Assembly: GCA_031418735.1 (NCBI GenBank)
Contig: JANOJM010000279.1
Span: forward strand, 1 to 25,778
Length of the DNA stretch: 25,778 nucleotides
Origin: Nitrospiraceae bacterium
GTDB lineage: Bacteria; Nitrospirota; Nitrospiria; Nitrospirales; Nitrospiraceae
Direction of reading: 5' to 3'
Part shown: positions 16,476 through 25,445 of the stretch, piece after piece
Layout of the letters: each line of letters starts with the position of its first letter
How positions within the stretch are numbered: the stretch's first letter is position 1
Position numbers and translations under genes: made by a program
The notes under the pieces: model-generated
What the model was told of the DNA's origin: nothing
Database searches by the model: none
What the model saw: only the letters and a program-made list of their open reading frames with translations

Positions 16476-17264
16476 ATGGTCGAGCGGTTTGAGGTTGCAC
16501 TGAATACCCCGGCGGGACGGTTGACTACGGCTATCGATGTGCCGACCGGCTTCATTCCCATCACCTCGATCGTTCCGGTTACACGACGCCTTGGTGAAGA
16601 AGCCGCGCAACTGGAAATCCAGCAGGCCACCGAACTAGGGCAGACCGTTTCTTGCCGGATTGGCTGCGCCGCCTGCTGCCGCATGCTGGTTCCCCTCTCC
16701 GCACCGGAAGCCTTCGCGCTGCGAGACTATGTGGGAGAGCTCCCGGAGGATCGGCGAATCCCTCTGTTGAATCGAATCAGCGGCACAAAGGATCGCCTGA
16801 GCCGCGAAGGACTGTGGGGTCAGCTCAACGATATAGCAAAGGCCTCCAAGCCCGTGCTGGACGAAGAGCTCGACCCAATCAATCGATCCTACTATGAATT
16901 GAGAATCCCTTGTCCCTATTTGGAAAATGAGCTCTGTTCCATTTATGAGGCACGACCGTCCGCTTGCAGGGAACTCCTCGTTACCTCCCCTGCGGAACTC
17001 TGTCAGGATCAAATACAGAATCCGGTCACGCCCCTACCTGTCTCGATGCGAATCAGTTCCATCCTGGGGCTGGCCTGGGGAACCCTGACCAACTCTCCCC
17101 CTCGACTCATCCCCCTCCCGATGGCCCTCGAATGGGCCGAACGGCATGAAGAGGAATCCCGACGGACTTGGCCAGGCTCGGCTCTTTTGGACCAGGTTCT
17201 CGAGCAGATGTGGCGGTTTCTAAGCCAAGCGTTTCAACAACGAAGCAAAAATGCTGACCGCTAG
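16476..17264 (+). CDS. YkgJ-family cysteine cluster (CxxCxxCC) protein
   Basis: SCRIGCAACCR...CPYLENELCSIYEARPSACR. Confidence 0.88.
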   Translation: MVERFEVALNTPAGRLTTAIDVPTGFIPITSIVPVTRRLGEEAAQLEIQQATELGQTVSCRIGCAACCRMLVPLSAPEAFALRDYVGELPEDRRIPLLNRISGTKDRLSREGLWGQLNDIAKASKPVLDEELDPINRSYYELRIPCPYLENELCSIYEARPSACRELLVTSPAELCQDQIQNPVTPLPVSMRISSILGLAWGTLTNSPPRLIPLPMALEWAERHEEESRRTWPGSALLDQVLEQMWRFLSQAFQQRSKNADR

Positions 17265-17297
17265 ATTCTACGACTGCGAGCGAAGAGGAGAGATTGC

Positions 17298-17915
17298 ATG
17301 CAAAAACCTGTGATTGTCTGTTTAGATTTGGAAGGAGTGTTGGTGCCGGAGATCTGGATCAACGTAGCGCTCAAGACCGGCATCGACGAACTGAAAATTA
17401 CCACCAGGGAGATGCCTGATTACGATGCCTTGATGAAACGGCGGCTGGCTATTCTGGATCAGCACAAACTCACCATTCACGATATCCAGGGCGTTATCGA
17501 GAAGATGGGGCCGCTTGAAGGAGCCATGGATTTTGTCGCCTGGATCCGCGAGCGATGCCAAGTGATTATCTTATCCGATACGTTCTATCAGTTCGCCCAA
17601 CCGCTGATGCGCCAGTTGGGATTCCCGACACTCTTTTGCAATCAGTTGGAAATCGATCAAGCCGGCCGTATTGTCAGTTACCACATGCGGATGCCGAACC
17701 AGAAAAAACACTCGGTGGCGGCATTCAAGTCCCTCAACTTTCACGTCCTGGCCGCCGGCGATGCTTACAACGACACAGCCATGCTAGGAGAGGCCCACGC
17801 GGGATTCTTCTTCTGTCCGCCGGAACACCTTCCAAAGGAGTTCCCGCAATTTCCAGTAACGAAGACGTACGGGGAGCTACAGGCACGGTTTGCGGAGGCA
17901 GGGAATCTCAAGTAG
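17298..17915 (+). CDS. thrH: Bifunctional phosphoserine phosphatase / homoserine phosphotransferase
   Basis: CLDLEGVLVPEIW, TTREMPDYDALM, ILSDTFYQF and AAGDAYNDTAML motifs. Confidence 0.95.
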   Translation: MQKPVIVCLDLEGVLVPEIWINVALKTGIDELKITTREMPDYDALMKRRLAILDQHKLTIHDIQGVIEKMGPLEGAMDFVAWIRERCQVIILSDTFYQFAQPLMRQLGFPTLFCNQLEIDQAGRIVSYHMRMPNQKKHSVAAFKSLNFHVLAAGDAYNDTAMLGEAHAGFFFCPPEHLPKEFPQFPVTKTYGELQARFAEAGNLK

Positions 17916-18038
17916 CTGTCAGCTGTCAGCCCCTCAACAAACTTCCTCCCCTTTGTAAGGGAAGACGAGGAGGGGTAGAGACTCTCGTCCCGCACTAGGC
18001 GCAGGCGTTTGCGATCTGATGCCTGAAAGCTGATAGCT
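17914..18038. repeat. Heptamer (AGCTGTC-type) inverted array enclosing a REP-like unit
   Basis: AGCTGTC-AGCTGTC-AGC ... CTGATGC-CTGAAAG-CTGATAG-CT. The inner TTCCTCCCCTTTGTAAGGG...GGAGGGGTAGAG (17943-17980) is 35/38 identical to 20065-20102. Confidence 0.75.
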
Positions 18039-18040
18039 CG

Positions 18041-19900
18041 CTACTCCCCATTCACCACTTCCAGCACTCGACGGCCATAGCGTTCTGCCTTCAGCGCGCC
18101 AATGCCTGGAACCTCCATGAGGGCAGCGGGTGTCACGGGCTTGTGCCCGGCAATGGCCTTCAGTGTTTTGTCATGAAAAATGAGAAAGGCCGCGACGCCC
18201 TCTTCCTCGGCAAGCTCCGTGCGAAGTTGTTTGAGCCGTTCGAAGAGCTGCGGATCCGCTGGCAATGTTCGCAGGACAACCGTAGATAGGGCCTTCTCCC
18301 GGAACGGCTTTGTCACCAGTACATCCGGTTGCGGCTCTTCTGCCTGTTTCAACTGCACTGCCCCGATCCCTTGGAGGATCTCCCGCCCCTTGCGCGTCAC
18401 ATCGAGAATAGGATATTCCGTGCCTTCGACCTGAAGATAGGCTGAGTCGATCAACTCTCTCACCAGACCGGTCACAGACAACTTCGAGCGTGCACGACAC
18501 ATTCCGTATGTCGGACAGTCTTCCGCGCCATAGGCCTGCATCGCTTTCGAACGGCTTCCACGAAGAATCTCGACGATTCGACTCACGCCGAACCGGCCCC
18601 TGCACCAGGACACAGTCTCTAAGACGGCCTTCGCGGAAGCGGCATTGTCGTGCGACACCTCTCTGCTCGGTCGCCGGACAGGCGCGACACAGCGATCGCA
18701 GAGGCCACAGGGGCCCAAAGCCCGCTCATCTTCATCGCTGAAATACTCAAGAATGGCGAGCTGCCGGCAGTCCGATACCGACACATATCCCAGCATTTCT
18801 TGGAGTAGCGTCTTCATCCGCTCGGCACGATCTGCGCCTTCAGGATCTTGCGCCGCCTGCTGAATGAAGTACTCCTGCGTGGCCAGATCCCGCTCATGGA
18901 ACAGCAACACACAGGCAGCGGGTCGCCCGTCGCGCCCGGCTCGCCCGACCTCTTGATAATAGGCCTCCACACTTCCCGGAATGTCGAAATGGACGACCAG
19001 TCTGACATCCGACTTATCGATGCCCATGCCGAAAGCATTCGTCGCAGCCAGAATCCTCACATTCCCCCGGCGAAAGTCGTCGTGGACAAGTTGCCGCTCC
19101 TCATCCGAGAGACCTGCATGGTAGTAGCCGACCGACTGGTGAGACTCTCCCAGCCATTCCGCGACTTCCTCCACCGCCCGGCGCGTCGCGCAGTAAATCA
19201 GGATCGTGCCTTTCTCCGTCTCCCGAACCAACCGCTCCAACGCAGCCAGTTTTTCTTGGCGGGACTGGCAGAGGCGAACAGACAAGGCAAGATTGTCCCG
19301 GCGAAACCCTGCGACTAACTTGAATGGGTCTCGGAGGGACAATCGTTTGCACAGATCCGTTTGAACGCGGGTGGTGGCAGTGGCGGTCAGAGCCAGACAG
19401 GGAGGATTCGTGAGTTCCTGGCGCAGGCGGCCGATTTTGAGATAGTCGGGTCTAAAATCGTGCCCCCACTGCGAAATGCAATGGGCCTCGTCGACTACCA
19501 GCAGCGAAACCCAGAGGGACCGCAAGAGTTGGAGAAATCCTTCGTGCTGCATCCGTTCCGGCGCCAGATAGAGCAACTGGAGCCGCTTCTGATTGAGGTC
19601 CTGTATCACACGATGCTTTTCAAGCCCTGTGAGACCAGAGTGAAACGCCGCCACCTTGATGTTGCGCTGTTTTAAGCTTGCCACTTGATCTTGCATGAGT
19701 GCGATGAGCGGAGAAATGACCAGGGTTAACCCGGGCAACAGGGTTGCCGGCAATTGATAGCAGAGCGACTTGCCCTGCCCTGTCGGCATGACCGCCATCG
19801 CATCACGCCCGGCCAGCACGGCACGAACGACCTCCTCCTGGCCAGGCCGAAACTTCGCAAAACCGAACTGTTCGCTGAGCTGTCGAGTCAGATCATCCAC
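18041..19900 (-). CDS. recQ: ATP-dependent DNA helicase RecQ (helicase, RQC, HRDC)
   Basis: MPTGQGKSLCYQ, VDEAHCISQWGHDFRPDY, ATNAFGMGIDK, YYQEVGRAGRDG, CRQ..C..CDRC zinc site, and a C-terminal HRDC. Confidence 0.96.
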   Translation of the reverse strand: MDDLTRQLSEQFGFAKFRPGQEEVVRAVLAGRDAMAVMPTGQGKSLCYQLPATLLPGLTLVISPLIALMQDQVASLKQRNIKVAAFHSGLTGLEKHRVIQDLNQKRLQLLYLAPERMQHEGFLQLLRSLWVSLLVVDEAHCISQWGHDFRPDYLKIGRLRQELTNPPCLALTATATTRVQTDLCKRLSLRDPFKLVAGFRRDNLALSVRLCQSRQEKLAALERLVRETEKGTILIYCATRRAVEEVAEWLGESHQSVGYYHAGLSDEERQLVHDDFRRGNVRILAATNAFGMGIDKSDVRLVVHFDIPGSVEAYYQEVGRAGRDGRPAACVLLFHERDLATQEYFIQQAAQDPEGADRAERMKTLLQEMLGYVSVSDCRQLAILEYFSDEDERALGPCGLCDRCVAPVRRPSREVSHDNAASAKAVLETVSWCRGRFGVSRIVEILRGSRSKAMQAYGAEDCPTYGMCRARSKLSVTGLVRELIDSAYLQVEGTEYPILDVTRKGREILQGIGAVQLKQAEEPQPDVLVTKPFREKALSTVVLRTLPADPQLFERLKQLRTELAEEEGVAAFLIFHDKTLKAIAGHKPVTPAALMEVPGIGALKAERYGRRVLEVVNGE

Positions 19901-20064
19901 GGTGAGGTTAATCTAGAAACAGGATGGTGGTGGAGCGCAAAAGTGAGCAGAGTATAGACGACTGCCCTACTACGGGCAAGCCGGATGAGCAGATAGGTAG
20001 CAAACGGCCGTCGGCTTCGGAAGGAAGAGATCTCGGAGGCTGAGAGTTGACGGCTTTTGAACTA

Positions 20065-20178
20065 TTCCTCCCCTTTGTAAGGGGAGGCCAGGAGGGGTAG
20101 AGCTTCTGTTCGAAACCAACCGGTCGTTGCAGTCTCATAGGAGCGACCTCCCCCACCCCTCCTTACGAAGGAGGGGGA
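20065..20178. repeat. REP-like element made of two inverted CCCCTCC/GGAGGGG hairpin units
   Basis: TTCCTCCCCTTTGTAAGGGGAGG...GGAGGGG and CCTCCCCCACCCCTCCTTACGAAGGAGGGGAA. A related half-unit occurs at 5871-5894. Confidence 0.75.
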
Positions 20179-20205
20179 AGATGGCGGACGGCTACGCACT
20201 TTACG

Positions 20206-21927
20206 CTAGAAGTTCATCCAGAGCTGTAGATAGGCCCAATCTTGATCGGCCTTGGTACCCAGGTTCTCCTTGATATAGGCCCCGGCAAACAAATGGCCAT
20301 AGACCGCCTGAAGGGACAACTTGCCGTCCATAAATATGTGCGTCCAGGCAAAGTCTATTTCGTCGCCGACGTGCCTCGTGGTGTTGTCCGTTTTTGAAAA
20401 GACATAGACGCCCTGTGTGGCTCGATACCAGTTGTCCTTCGTATTGGCGAGGTTCATCCTGGATGCCCACACTTCAACATGGTCATCCTTGGTAGGACGG
20501 AATTGCAAGTTGACCGCGAAACCCATTAAATTTTTCCAGCCTTGGACATCCATATAGCCCATGTGGAGGTGGTTGGTCGGGTACAGGTTCTCAAACGTAT
20601 TGGCAGTTTTACACTCTGTGTTGCCACCGATATTACAGTTCGCCCTGCCATCGCCAGAAGCATAGTCGAAGTTCAAAGCCAACCGCGGCTTCCAGGCCCA
20701 CTCATAGTGCGTGTAGCCGATCCAGTTTCTGGTCGCCCAGGCGCTGATGTGGAGGTTCTTCGTGTTCCCGTACCCGTTCTGCGTTGCGTTCGTACCAAGC
20801 GCGCTCGGCAGCCCGCCCACCGTACCCACCGTATCGCCATCGCCCATTTGGCCGAACTGATAGAGGGATTCGCTTATCAGGTCGAAGTTGCCCTTGCGCA
20901 TCTCGATCCGGCCTCCGACATTATGACGGGTCTGGTTCGAATGCCTCGGCGTGCCAAGTCCCTGAGCCCGGTTGTCAGCCGAGTTGTACCGGTTGGAGTA
21001 GAGGATGTAGTAGGGCTCGATGATGAATCCCGGCACCGACTTGATCTGGTTGTAGAAAATGAGAACGTCGGAGTCTTGGTTCGCATTGCCGTTACCAATG
21101 GGGGTTGGGCCGATGTTCGGGTCACGCGCGCCGACCGGCACTGCTTGCCCGAGATCTGACTCAGAGGTGCGAAACCAACCAGCGTAGGTATCCCAGGCCT
21201 TGGTGCTGTATTGCAACATCACACCGTCATGGGAAATTCCTGTGTTGGACCAGTCGAAGGCACCGAACAGAGACTGGTTGCCGAACACCACATATTGCCG
21301 ACCGGCCTTCACGCTCAGGCCTTGAAACCCGGCAAAGTTTCGAACCAACATGTAGGCAGCGCGGACCCCCAACGTGCCACAGTTGCCCCCGCCATTAGCG
21401 GTTGCACAGCCGTTATGGTTCCTCGCATCGTCTTGGGTACCCTCTCTGCCATTCGCCCCGTTTCCGCCCCAGGTTCTCGAATCTTGCAGTTCCATGTAGA
21501 AATTCACGTCCGGCGAGAGATCGTAGCCGATACCCAACCTGGTCAACTGTTGGGAGTAGAAGTCGTTTTGTTGGCCAGGAGTACCATTTGGCGTGGTGCC
21601 GGAGTTAGGGCGGTTACAAGCTCCGTTCCCGACGATCGTGCTGCCGAAACAGACGCCGTTCCGCCAGATCGGTCGCACGCGGAGATCGCCGCGTATCCAA
21701 AATTTTGAGAGATCAAAGTTCTTCCCGATTTTCGGATCGTAGATTTCGTATTCTTCCTTATTCGGAATTGAGCGAGGAACGACCCCGACGTGGGTGATTC
21801 TTTCACCCTCCGGCAATTCAAACGCGGCTTGCGCCGGGGCCGTCACGAATGACAACCCCGCTACTATCGCGGCCGCATGGCAATAGGCGGCCACATTGGC
21901 CCACCATGTTCGTTTGATGACTCTCAT
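20206..21927 (-). CDS. Alginate export family outer-membrane beta-barrel protein
   Basis: Signal peptide, GDLRVRP, GRQYVVFGNQSLFG..DW, YPTNHLHMGYMD, C-terminal BAM-type signal YLQLWMNF, Cys-paired loops. Confidence 0.88.
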   Translation of the reverse strand: MRVIKRTWWANVAAYCHAAAIVAGLSFVTAPAQAAFELPEGERITHVGVVPRSIPNKEEYEIYDPKIGKNFDLSKFWIRGDLRVRPIWRNGVCFGSTIVGNGACNRPNSGTTPNGTPGQQNDFYSQQLTRLGIGYDLSPDVNFYMELQDSRTWGGNGANGREGTQDDARNHNGCATANGGGNCGTLGVRAAYMLVRNFAGFQGLSVKAGRQYVVFGNQSLFGAFDWSNTGISHDGVMLQYSTKAWDTYAGWFRTSESDLGQAVPVGARDPNIGPTPIGNGNANQDSDVLIFYNQIKSVPGFIIEPYYILYSNRYNSADNRAQGLGTPRHSNQTRHNVGGRIEMRKGNFDLISESLYQFGQMGDGDTVGTVGGLPSALGTNATQNGYGNTKNLHISAWATRNWIGYTHYEWAWKPRLALNFDYASGDGRANCNIGGNTECKTANTFENLYPTNHLHMGYMDVQGWKNLMGFAVNLQFRPTKDDHVEVWASRMNLANTKDNWYRATQGVYVFSKTDNTTRHVGDEIDFAWTHIFMDGKLSLQAVYGHLFAGAYIKENLGTKADQDWAYLQLWMNF

Positions 21928-21956
21928 GTGATACTCCAGTCAACTTGAGAAGGTAG

Positions 21957-22156
21957 CCGCGGGTAACTCATGAGGTAGTGGCGCAGCTAGTTGAGGGGAT
22001 TACAACAAGAGCAGGACTGACAGTCAACGCCAAACTGGACAAGAGGCAACATTCGGCCGATATGAAAGTGAAGGCAGTCGAGACAGCTTCCGTGAACCTT
22101 GGATCGTATGTATACCATGGGGGAGGACTTATACCATCAGGCCGAGCCGGCTGTGA
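21957..22156 (+). pseudogene. Degraded C-terminal remnant of an ISAzo13-family transposase
   Basis: PRVTHEVVAQLVEGITTRAGLTVNAKLDKRQHSADMKVK...VNL...YHG, then after a frameshift TYTIRPSRL*. This parallels the ISAzo13 C-terminus PLVSHEVIVNLIxxTTTxxGLxVxAxLD...FHGEWNYTIxP (recalled from memory). Confidence 0.72.
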
Positions 22157-22227
22157 ATACCGATCGGTCGACGGCCTAGTGGCTAGAGCTTACTCGTCTC
22201 GCTTCTTCTACTTTTCTCTCCGCACCG

Positions 22228-22527
22228 TTACGCCTGATTGGTTGGTCCCTTTGAATCAACCTGTTTCTCTGCCGACGTTGTCACAGCCTTAATCTGTTCT
22301 TCAGCATCTTTGATCGAAGCCTGAAAATCCTGTTCGACCATCTTCACTTCCTGCTGGATCATGTTGAGCTCCGGCTCCACTGACTTCCGCAAGTCGTCCG
22401 CTGTCTCCTTGAACCCCTTGACCAATTTTCCGACCTGGCGAGCGACTTCAGGCAGCTGCTTGGGGCCAAACAGCAAGAACGCGATCACTAAAATAATAAG
22501 AACTTCGCCGATGCCCAATCCGAACAT
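22228..22527 (-). CDS. Tat translocase subunit, TatB-like TatA/B family
   Basis: MFGLGIGEVLIILVIAFLLFGPKQLPEVARQVGKLVKGFK plus a long amphipathic/coiled tail. Confidence 0.85.
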   Translation of the reverse strand: MFGLGIGEVLIILVIAFLLFGPKQLPEVARQVGKLVKGFKETADDLRKSVEPELNMIQQEVKMVEQDFQASIKDAEEQIKAVTTSAEKQVDSKGPTNQA

Positions 22528-22531
22528 GGTT

Positions 22532-22625
22532 CGTCATACGTAAAACGTCACGCGTCATGCGAAAAGCAAAAAAGGAAGCGGCTGATTCCTCTTGGCGCTT
22601 CACGCCTCACGCCTCACGCGTCACG
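22532..22625. repeat. Heptamer (CGTCAnG/CCTCACG-type) array between the tat genes
   Basis: CGTCATA-CGTAAAA-CGTCACG-CGTCATG-CGAAAAG ... CTTCACG-CCTCACG-CCTCACG-CGTCACG. Confidence 0.7.
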
Positions 22626-22630
22626 TCCCC

Positions 22631-22894
22631 TTACCCTTGCTTGACCTGCGTCCCTGATTGAACAGGCGCCGTGGCCGGTGGAGCGGCCTGCGCGACCTGC
22701 GAGGGTGGCGCTTCAGGCGTATCGGAAGGAGGAGGCGTCACGTCGATGGCATCGGCCTCGTTGACGCTCTTCTTGAATCCTTTGATGGCCTTCCCGAGCC
22801 CTTCACCCAACTGCGGAATCTTGCCGGCGCCGAAAATGATCAAGACAATGACCAAAATCAGGACCAATTCCATCCATCCGAACGATCCAAACAT
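22631..22894 (-). CDS. tatA: Tat translocase subunit TatA/E
   Basis: MFGSFGWMELVLILVIVLIIFGAGKIPQLGEGLGKAIKGFKKS. Confidence 0.92.
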   Translation of the reverse strand: MFGSFGWMELVLILVIVLIIFGAGKIPQLGEGLGKAIKGFKKSVNEADAIDVTPPPSDTPEAPPSQVAQAAPPATAPVQSGTQVKQG

Positions 22895-23066
22895 CAATCA
22901 CCTACTTTCTCTTTTTGCTCCACCCAGGCCCACTCGCCCTGCTGTGTTAAAACAAGCGAACGATGGAGCTCGCCTCATACGAGGAGAAGACTGTAAAGGG
23001 TATAGGAAGAACAAGAACTGAGTCAAGCAGAGAAATTCGGCAATCGGGCTCGGTCGCCTGAGATAA

Positions 23067-24536
23067 TCAGCGCGGTTGGATAAAGGAATGAAAGTAATCC
23101 ACAGGGCTCGGTGGCGCGGTCAAGGCAATCATAAACGACTGCGGATCGTAGCCGATGTCCTCGAGATCCTTCGAGGCCAAGGTCAGCTCTTCCTCTGTAA
23201 GATAGGCAACGGTGTCCGGAATGCCTGTCGGCGTGAGCGCGCGCACAAGGGCCTGAAGTGCTTCACGCTCTTCCGGCGGCACCTCCAACGGAATGGGGAA
23301 ATCCAAATGGCGCGCGTAGGGGCTCCGATAGGTCTCGTTCAATGAATGGAGGGTCTTGAGCATGAGACGGTCCTGTTCCCACGGCGCCATTTTTGTACCG
23401 GCGGAAGGATGGGTGGCGATGAGATCCATAAGGGTCAAGCCGTTGGTCCCCAAACTGCGCCCCACGAACTCACGCTGGCTTTCTAGGGTCATTGAGCCGG
23501 CCTCCAACTGCTTGGCGACCGCTTCGGCCAACGCAAAGTTGACCATAAAGCTCTGTTGCCCGCCGAATTGGCCATAACAAGGCTTCTCCGGATCGTTCAA
23601 CACTTCCATGTCCGCTGTCCCTGCATCGAAACTGCTGAAGCCAATCGCATCGGGAGCCAGCAGGCGCTTGGCCTCCTTGATCGTAGCATAGGCCCCCAGA
23701 TTGACTGGCACCAGTACTCGTTCATCGATACGTTTGAGAAAATCGGCGATCGTCTTCCGGTAGGGAACCTCTTTCCATTCGACCGCCCGATATTCACGCT
23801 CCCACACCAGGTCGTCGAGAAACGGAGGAAAACCTCTGAGTGCCTCCATGTCCATCGTCTCGAACGATCGGACAAAGGCCTGCCAATCGGAAATTTTCGC
23901 ATGTGCAGCCTCGCTCAAATTGGGCCGCATGAACTCCTCTTCAATGTCTCCCCCCTGGCGCGACATCAATTTCGTTGAGAGATCGTTCCACAGTTCGTTA
24001 CAGATGATGCGATCCACCGTGCCATCGGCAACCGCATCGAGTAGGCCTACGGTCCCTAGGTGGACCTCAACCCGATCGCGGTGAGACGCAAGTTCCGGAT
24101 GGGCCATGGCTGCATCAAGCACGGCCTGTTCCCAATCGACCAACACATAGCGAATGCGGGGATACACCAGTCCATTCTTATCGAGAACCTTGAGATAGCT
24201 CAAGAAGCAGGCGGCGAGATTGCCGTTGCCAGGGCCCCATTCATGGATGACCAGGCTAGGGGCTAGCGGCGAGGGGCTAGGGGGCGAAAAATCTTCGCTT
24301 TTACCTCTAGCCTCGTGCCTCGTGCCTCGTGCCTGCTCGCGTCGCACGACGCGAGCGTAGTAGTCCGCCGCGAGAGCATGGGCAAGCCGGTAATCGGCTG
24401 ATGCAAATGTTTGGTAGAAACTACGGATCTGATCGCCCCGGAAACGGTAGAAAAGCCTATTGATGTGGACTTGCCACTGATCCACCGGCTTATAGTCGCC
24501 GATGAGCTGAGGTAACGCGTCTGCATCTTGCAACAT
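23067..24536 (-). CDS. Class I SAM-dependent methyltransferase, MidA/NDUFAF7-like
   Basis: FYQTFAS, IHEWGPGNGNLA (motif I variant), YVLVD, IICNELWNDL and WEREY motifs. Confidence 0.75.
   Translation of the reverse strand: MLQDADALPQLIGDYKPVDQWQVHINRLFYRFRGDQIRSFYQTFASADYRLAHALAADYYARVVRREQARGTRHEARGKSEDFSPPSPSPLAPSLVIHEWGPGNGNLAACFLSYLKVLDKNGLVYPRIRYVLVDWEQAVLDAAMAHPELASHRDRVEVHLGTVGLLDAVADGTVDRIICNELWNDLSTKLMSRQGGDIEEEFMRPNLSEAAHAKISDWQAFVRSFETMDMEALRGFPPFLDDLVWEREYRAVEWKEVPYRKTIADFLKRIDERVLVPVNLGAYATIKEAKRLLAPDAIGFSSFDAGTADMEVLNDPEKPCYGQFGGQQSFMVNFALAEAVAKQLEAGSMTLESQREFVGRSLGTNGLTLMDLIATHPSAGTKMAPWEQDRLMLKTLHSLNETYRSPYARHLDFPIPLEVPPEEREALQALVRALTPTGIPDTVAYLTEEELTLASKDLEDIGYDPQSFMIALTAPPSPVDYFHSFIQPR
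24254..24334. repeat. Heptamer palindromic element inserted in frame within the methyltransferase CDS
   Basis: GGCTAGG-GGCTAGC-GGCGAGG-GGCTAGG ... CCTCTAG-(CCTCGTG)x3. About 81 bp; encodes roughly ARGTRHEARGKSEDFSPPSPSPLAPSL. Confidence 0.75.
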
Positions 24537-24550
24537 AAAAATCCTGATTG

Positions 24551-24590
24551 GAGAGAGAGACAGGACTCCTTCGCTTCCTGAGTCTCACTC
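24551..24590. repeat. Hairpin just upstream of the methyltransferase start
   Basis: GAGAGAGAGACAGGA / TCCTGAGTCTCACTC (15-nt arms, 2 mismatches, 10-nt loop). Confidence 0.5.
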
Positions 24591-24688
24591 GTCACGCGAG
24601 TCCCGTGCATCGAGCCCTTCTCGATTCCAGCTTTAAGGAGGCGGATTCTAACAGAACCAGAAATTTGGTCGCAACCGTCCCTTCCGTA

Positions 24689-24723
24689 CCTCTCGCCCCT
24701 TGCCTCAAGCCGCTCGCCTTGGG
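24689..24723. repeat. Heptamer array (CCyCTnG-type), single arm
   Basis: CCTCTCG-CCCCTTG-CCTCAAG-CCGCTCG-CCTTGGG, same type as the in-gene element. Confidence 0.6.
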
Positions 24724-24767
24724 TTCGCTCCCTTGACAGCTCCCATCGACCAGTGTACCAAGACGCT

Positions 24768-25346
24768 ATGGCGAACAGCATGAGACGAGCGGGGCGAGGG
24801 CTAATCGCGGCGGTCATGATCCTGGCCCTGTCGCCGCTGCCGACAATCCAGGCAACGGAGCTGCCGATCACCAAGAATTCCTCCATCCCTGATTTTCAGA
24901 ACCGCACCCAAGACGTCACCCCCTACAACTTCGATGCTCCACCGCAAGGCCTGTTCCGCACCATTACAACAGCAGAAGGATTTGATGAGCAATTGAGCCT
25001 TCACCGTACGCACGAAATCGTGCCGGTGAACCCGACAGACCGGTTCCGCCCCAATACCCCGGCGGTCTTCATTGTCTTCCTCCTTCACCAGCATTATCAG
25101 GGATTCCAGGTGATCGGACGCTGTTTCCCTGAAGCGGTAGCCGGCCTCGATCCCACCCTTTCGATCGGACAAGACGCGATGTACATTGCGCTCGAAGACG
25201 ACACTGGGTATCTCACGTTCTCCCCTCCACTCGGCGCCTGGAAGCCCGGCCGATATAAAGTGGAAATTCACGTGGGAGAACAGATCAACGAGATGAGTCT
25301 GATGGGCGCGATGCGTTTCACCGTCACCGCGCCGTCAGGAGGGTAG
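24768..25346 (+). CDS. Hypothetical secreted beta-sandwich-like protein
   Basis: Signal peptide (MRRAGRGLIAAVMILALSPLPTIQA). C-terminal W-x-PG-x-Y-x-VEI pattern. Start 24768 or 24780. Confidence 0.75.
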   Translation: MANSMRRAGRGLIAAVMILALSPLPTIQATELPITKNSSIPDFQNRTQDVTPYNFDAPPQGLFRTITTAEGFDEQLSLHRTHEIVPVNPTDRFRPNTPAVFIVFLLHQHYQGFQVIGRCFPEAVAGLDPTLSIGQDAMYIALEDDTGYLTFSPPLGAWKPGRYKVEIHVGEQINEMSLMGAMRFTVTAPSGG

Positions 25347-25366
25347 CGAGAAGAGCGCGGCGCGGT

Positions 25367-25395
25367 TTGACGCTCCCTCCATCATTCTGTAGAAT
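25367..25395 (+). promoter_or_regulatory. sigma70-type promoter of the GT2 gene
   Basis: TTGACG-N17-TAGAAT, 50 nt upstream of ATG 25446. Confidence 0.6.
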
Positions 25396-25445
25396 GCCCG
25401 CGTGAGCCTGTGGACCCCCTTCTGCGTCAGGAATATCTGCCCCGC

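Noticed and set aside
21978-22292. 104-aa hypothetical CDS
   Set aside because: It is better explained as a frameshifted ISAzo13 remnant and overlaps the tatB-like gene end.
24263-24886. 207-aa ORF on the minus strand
   Set aside because: It overlaps two real genes and reads through heptamer repeats (GERLEARGER, HEARGTR), a repeat-derived artefact.
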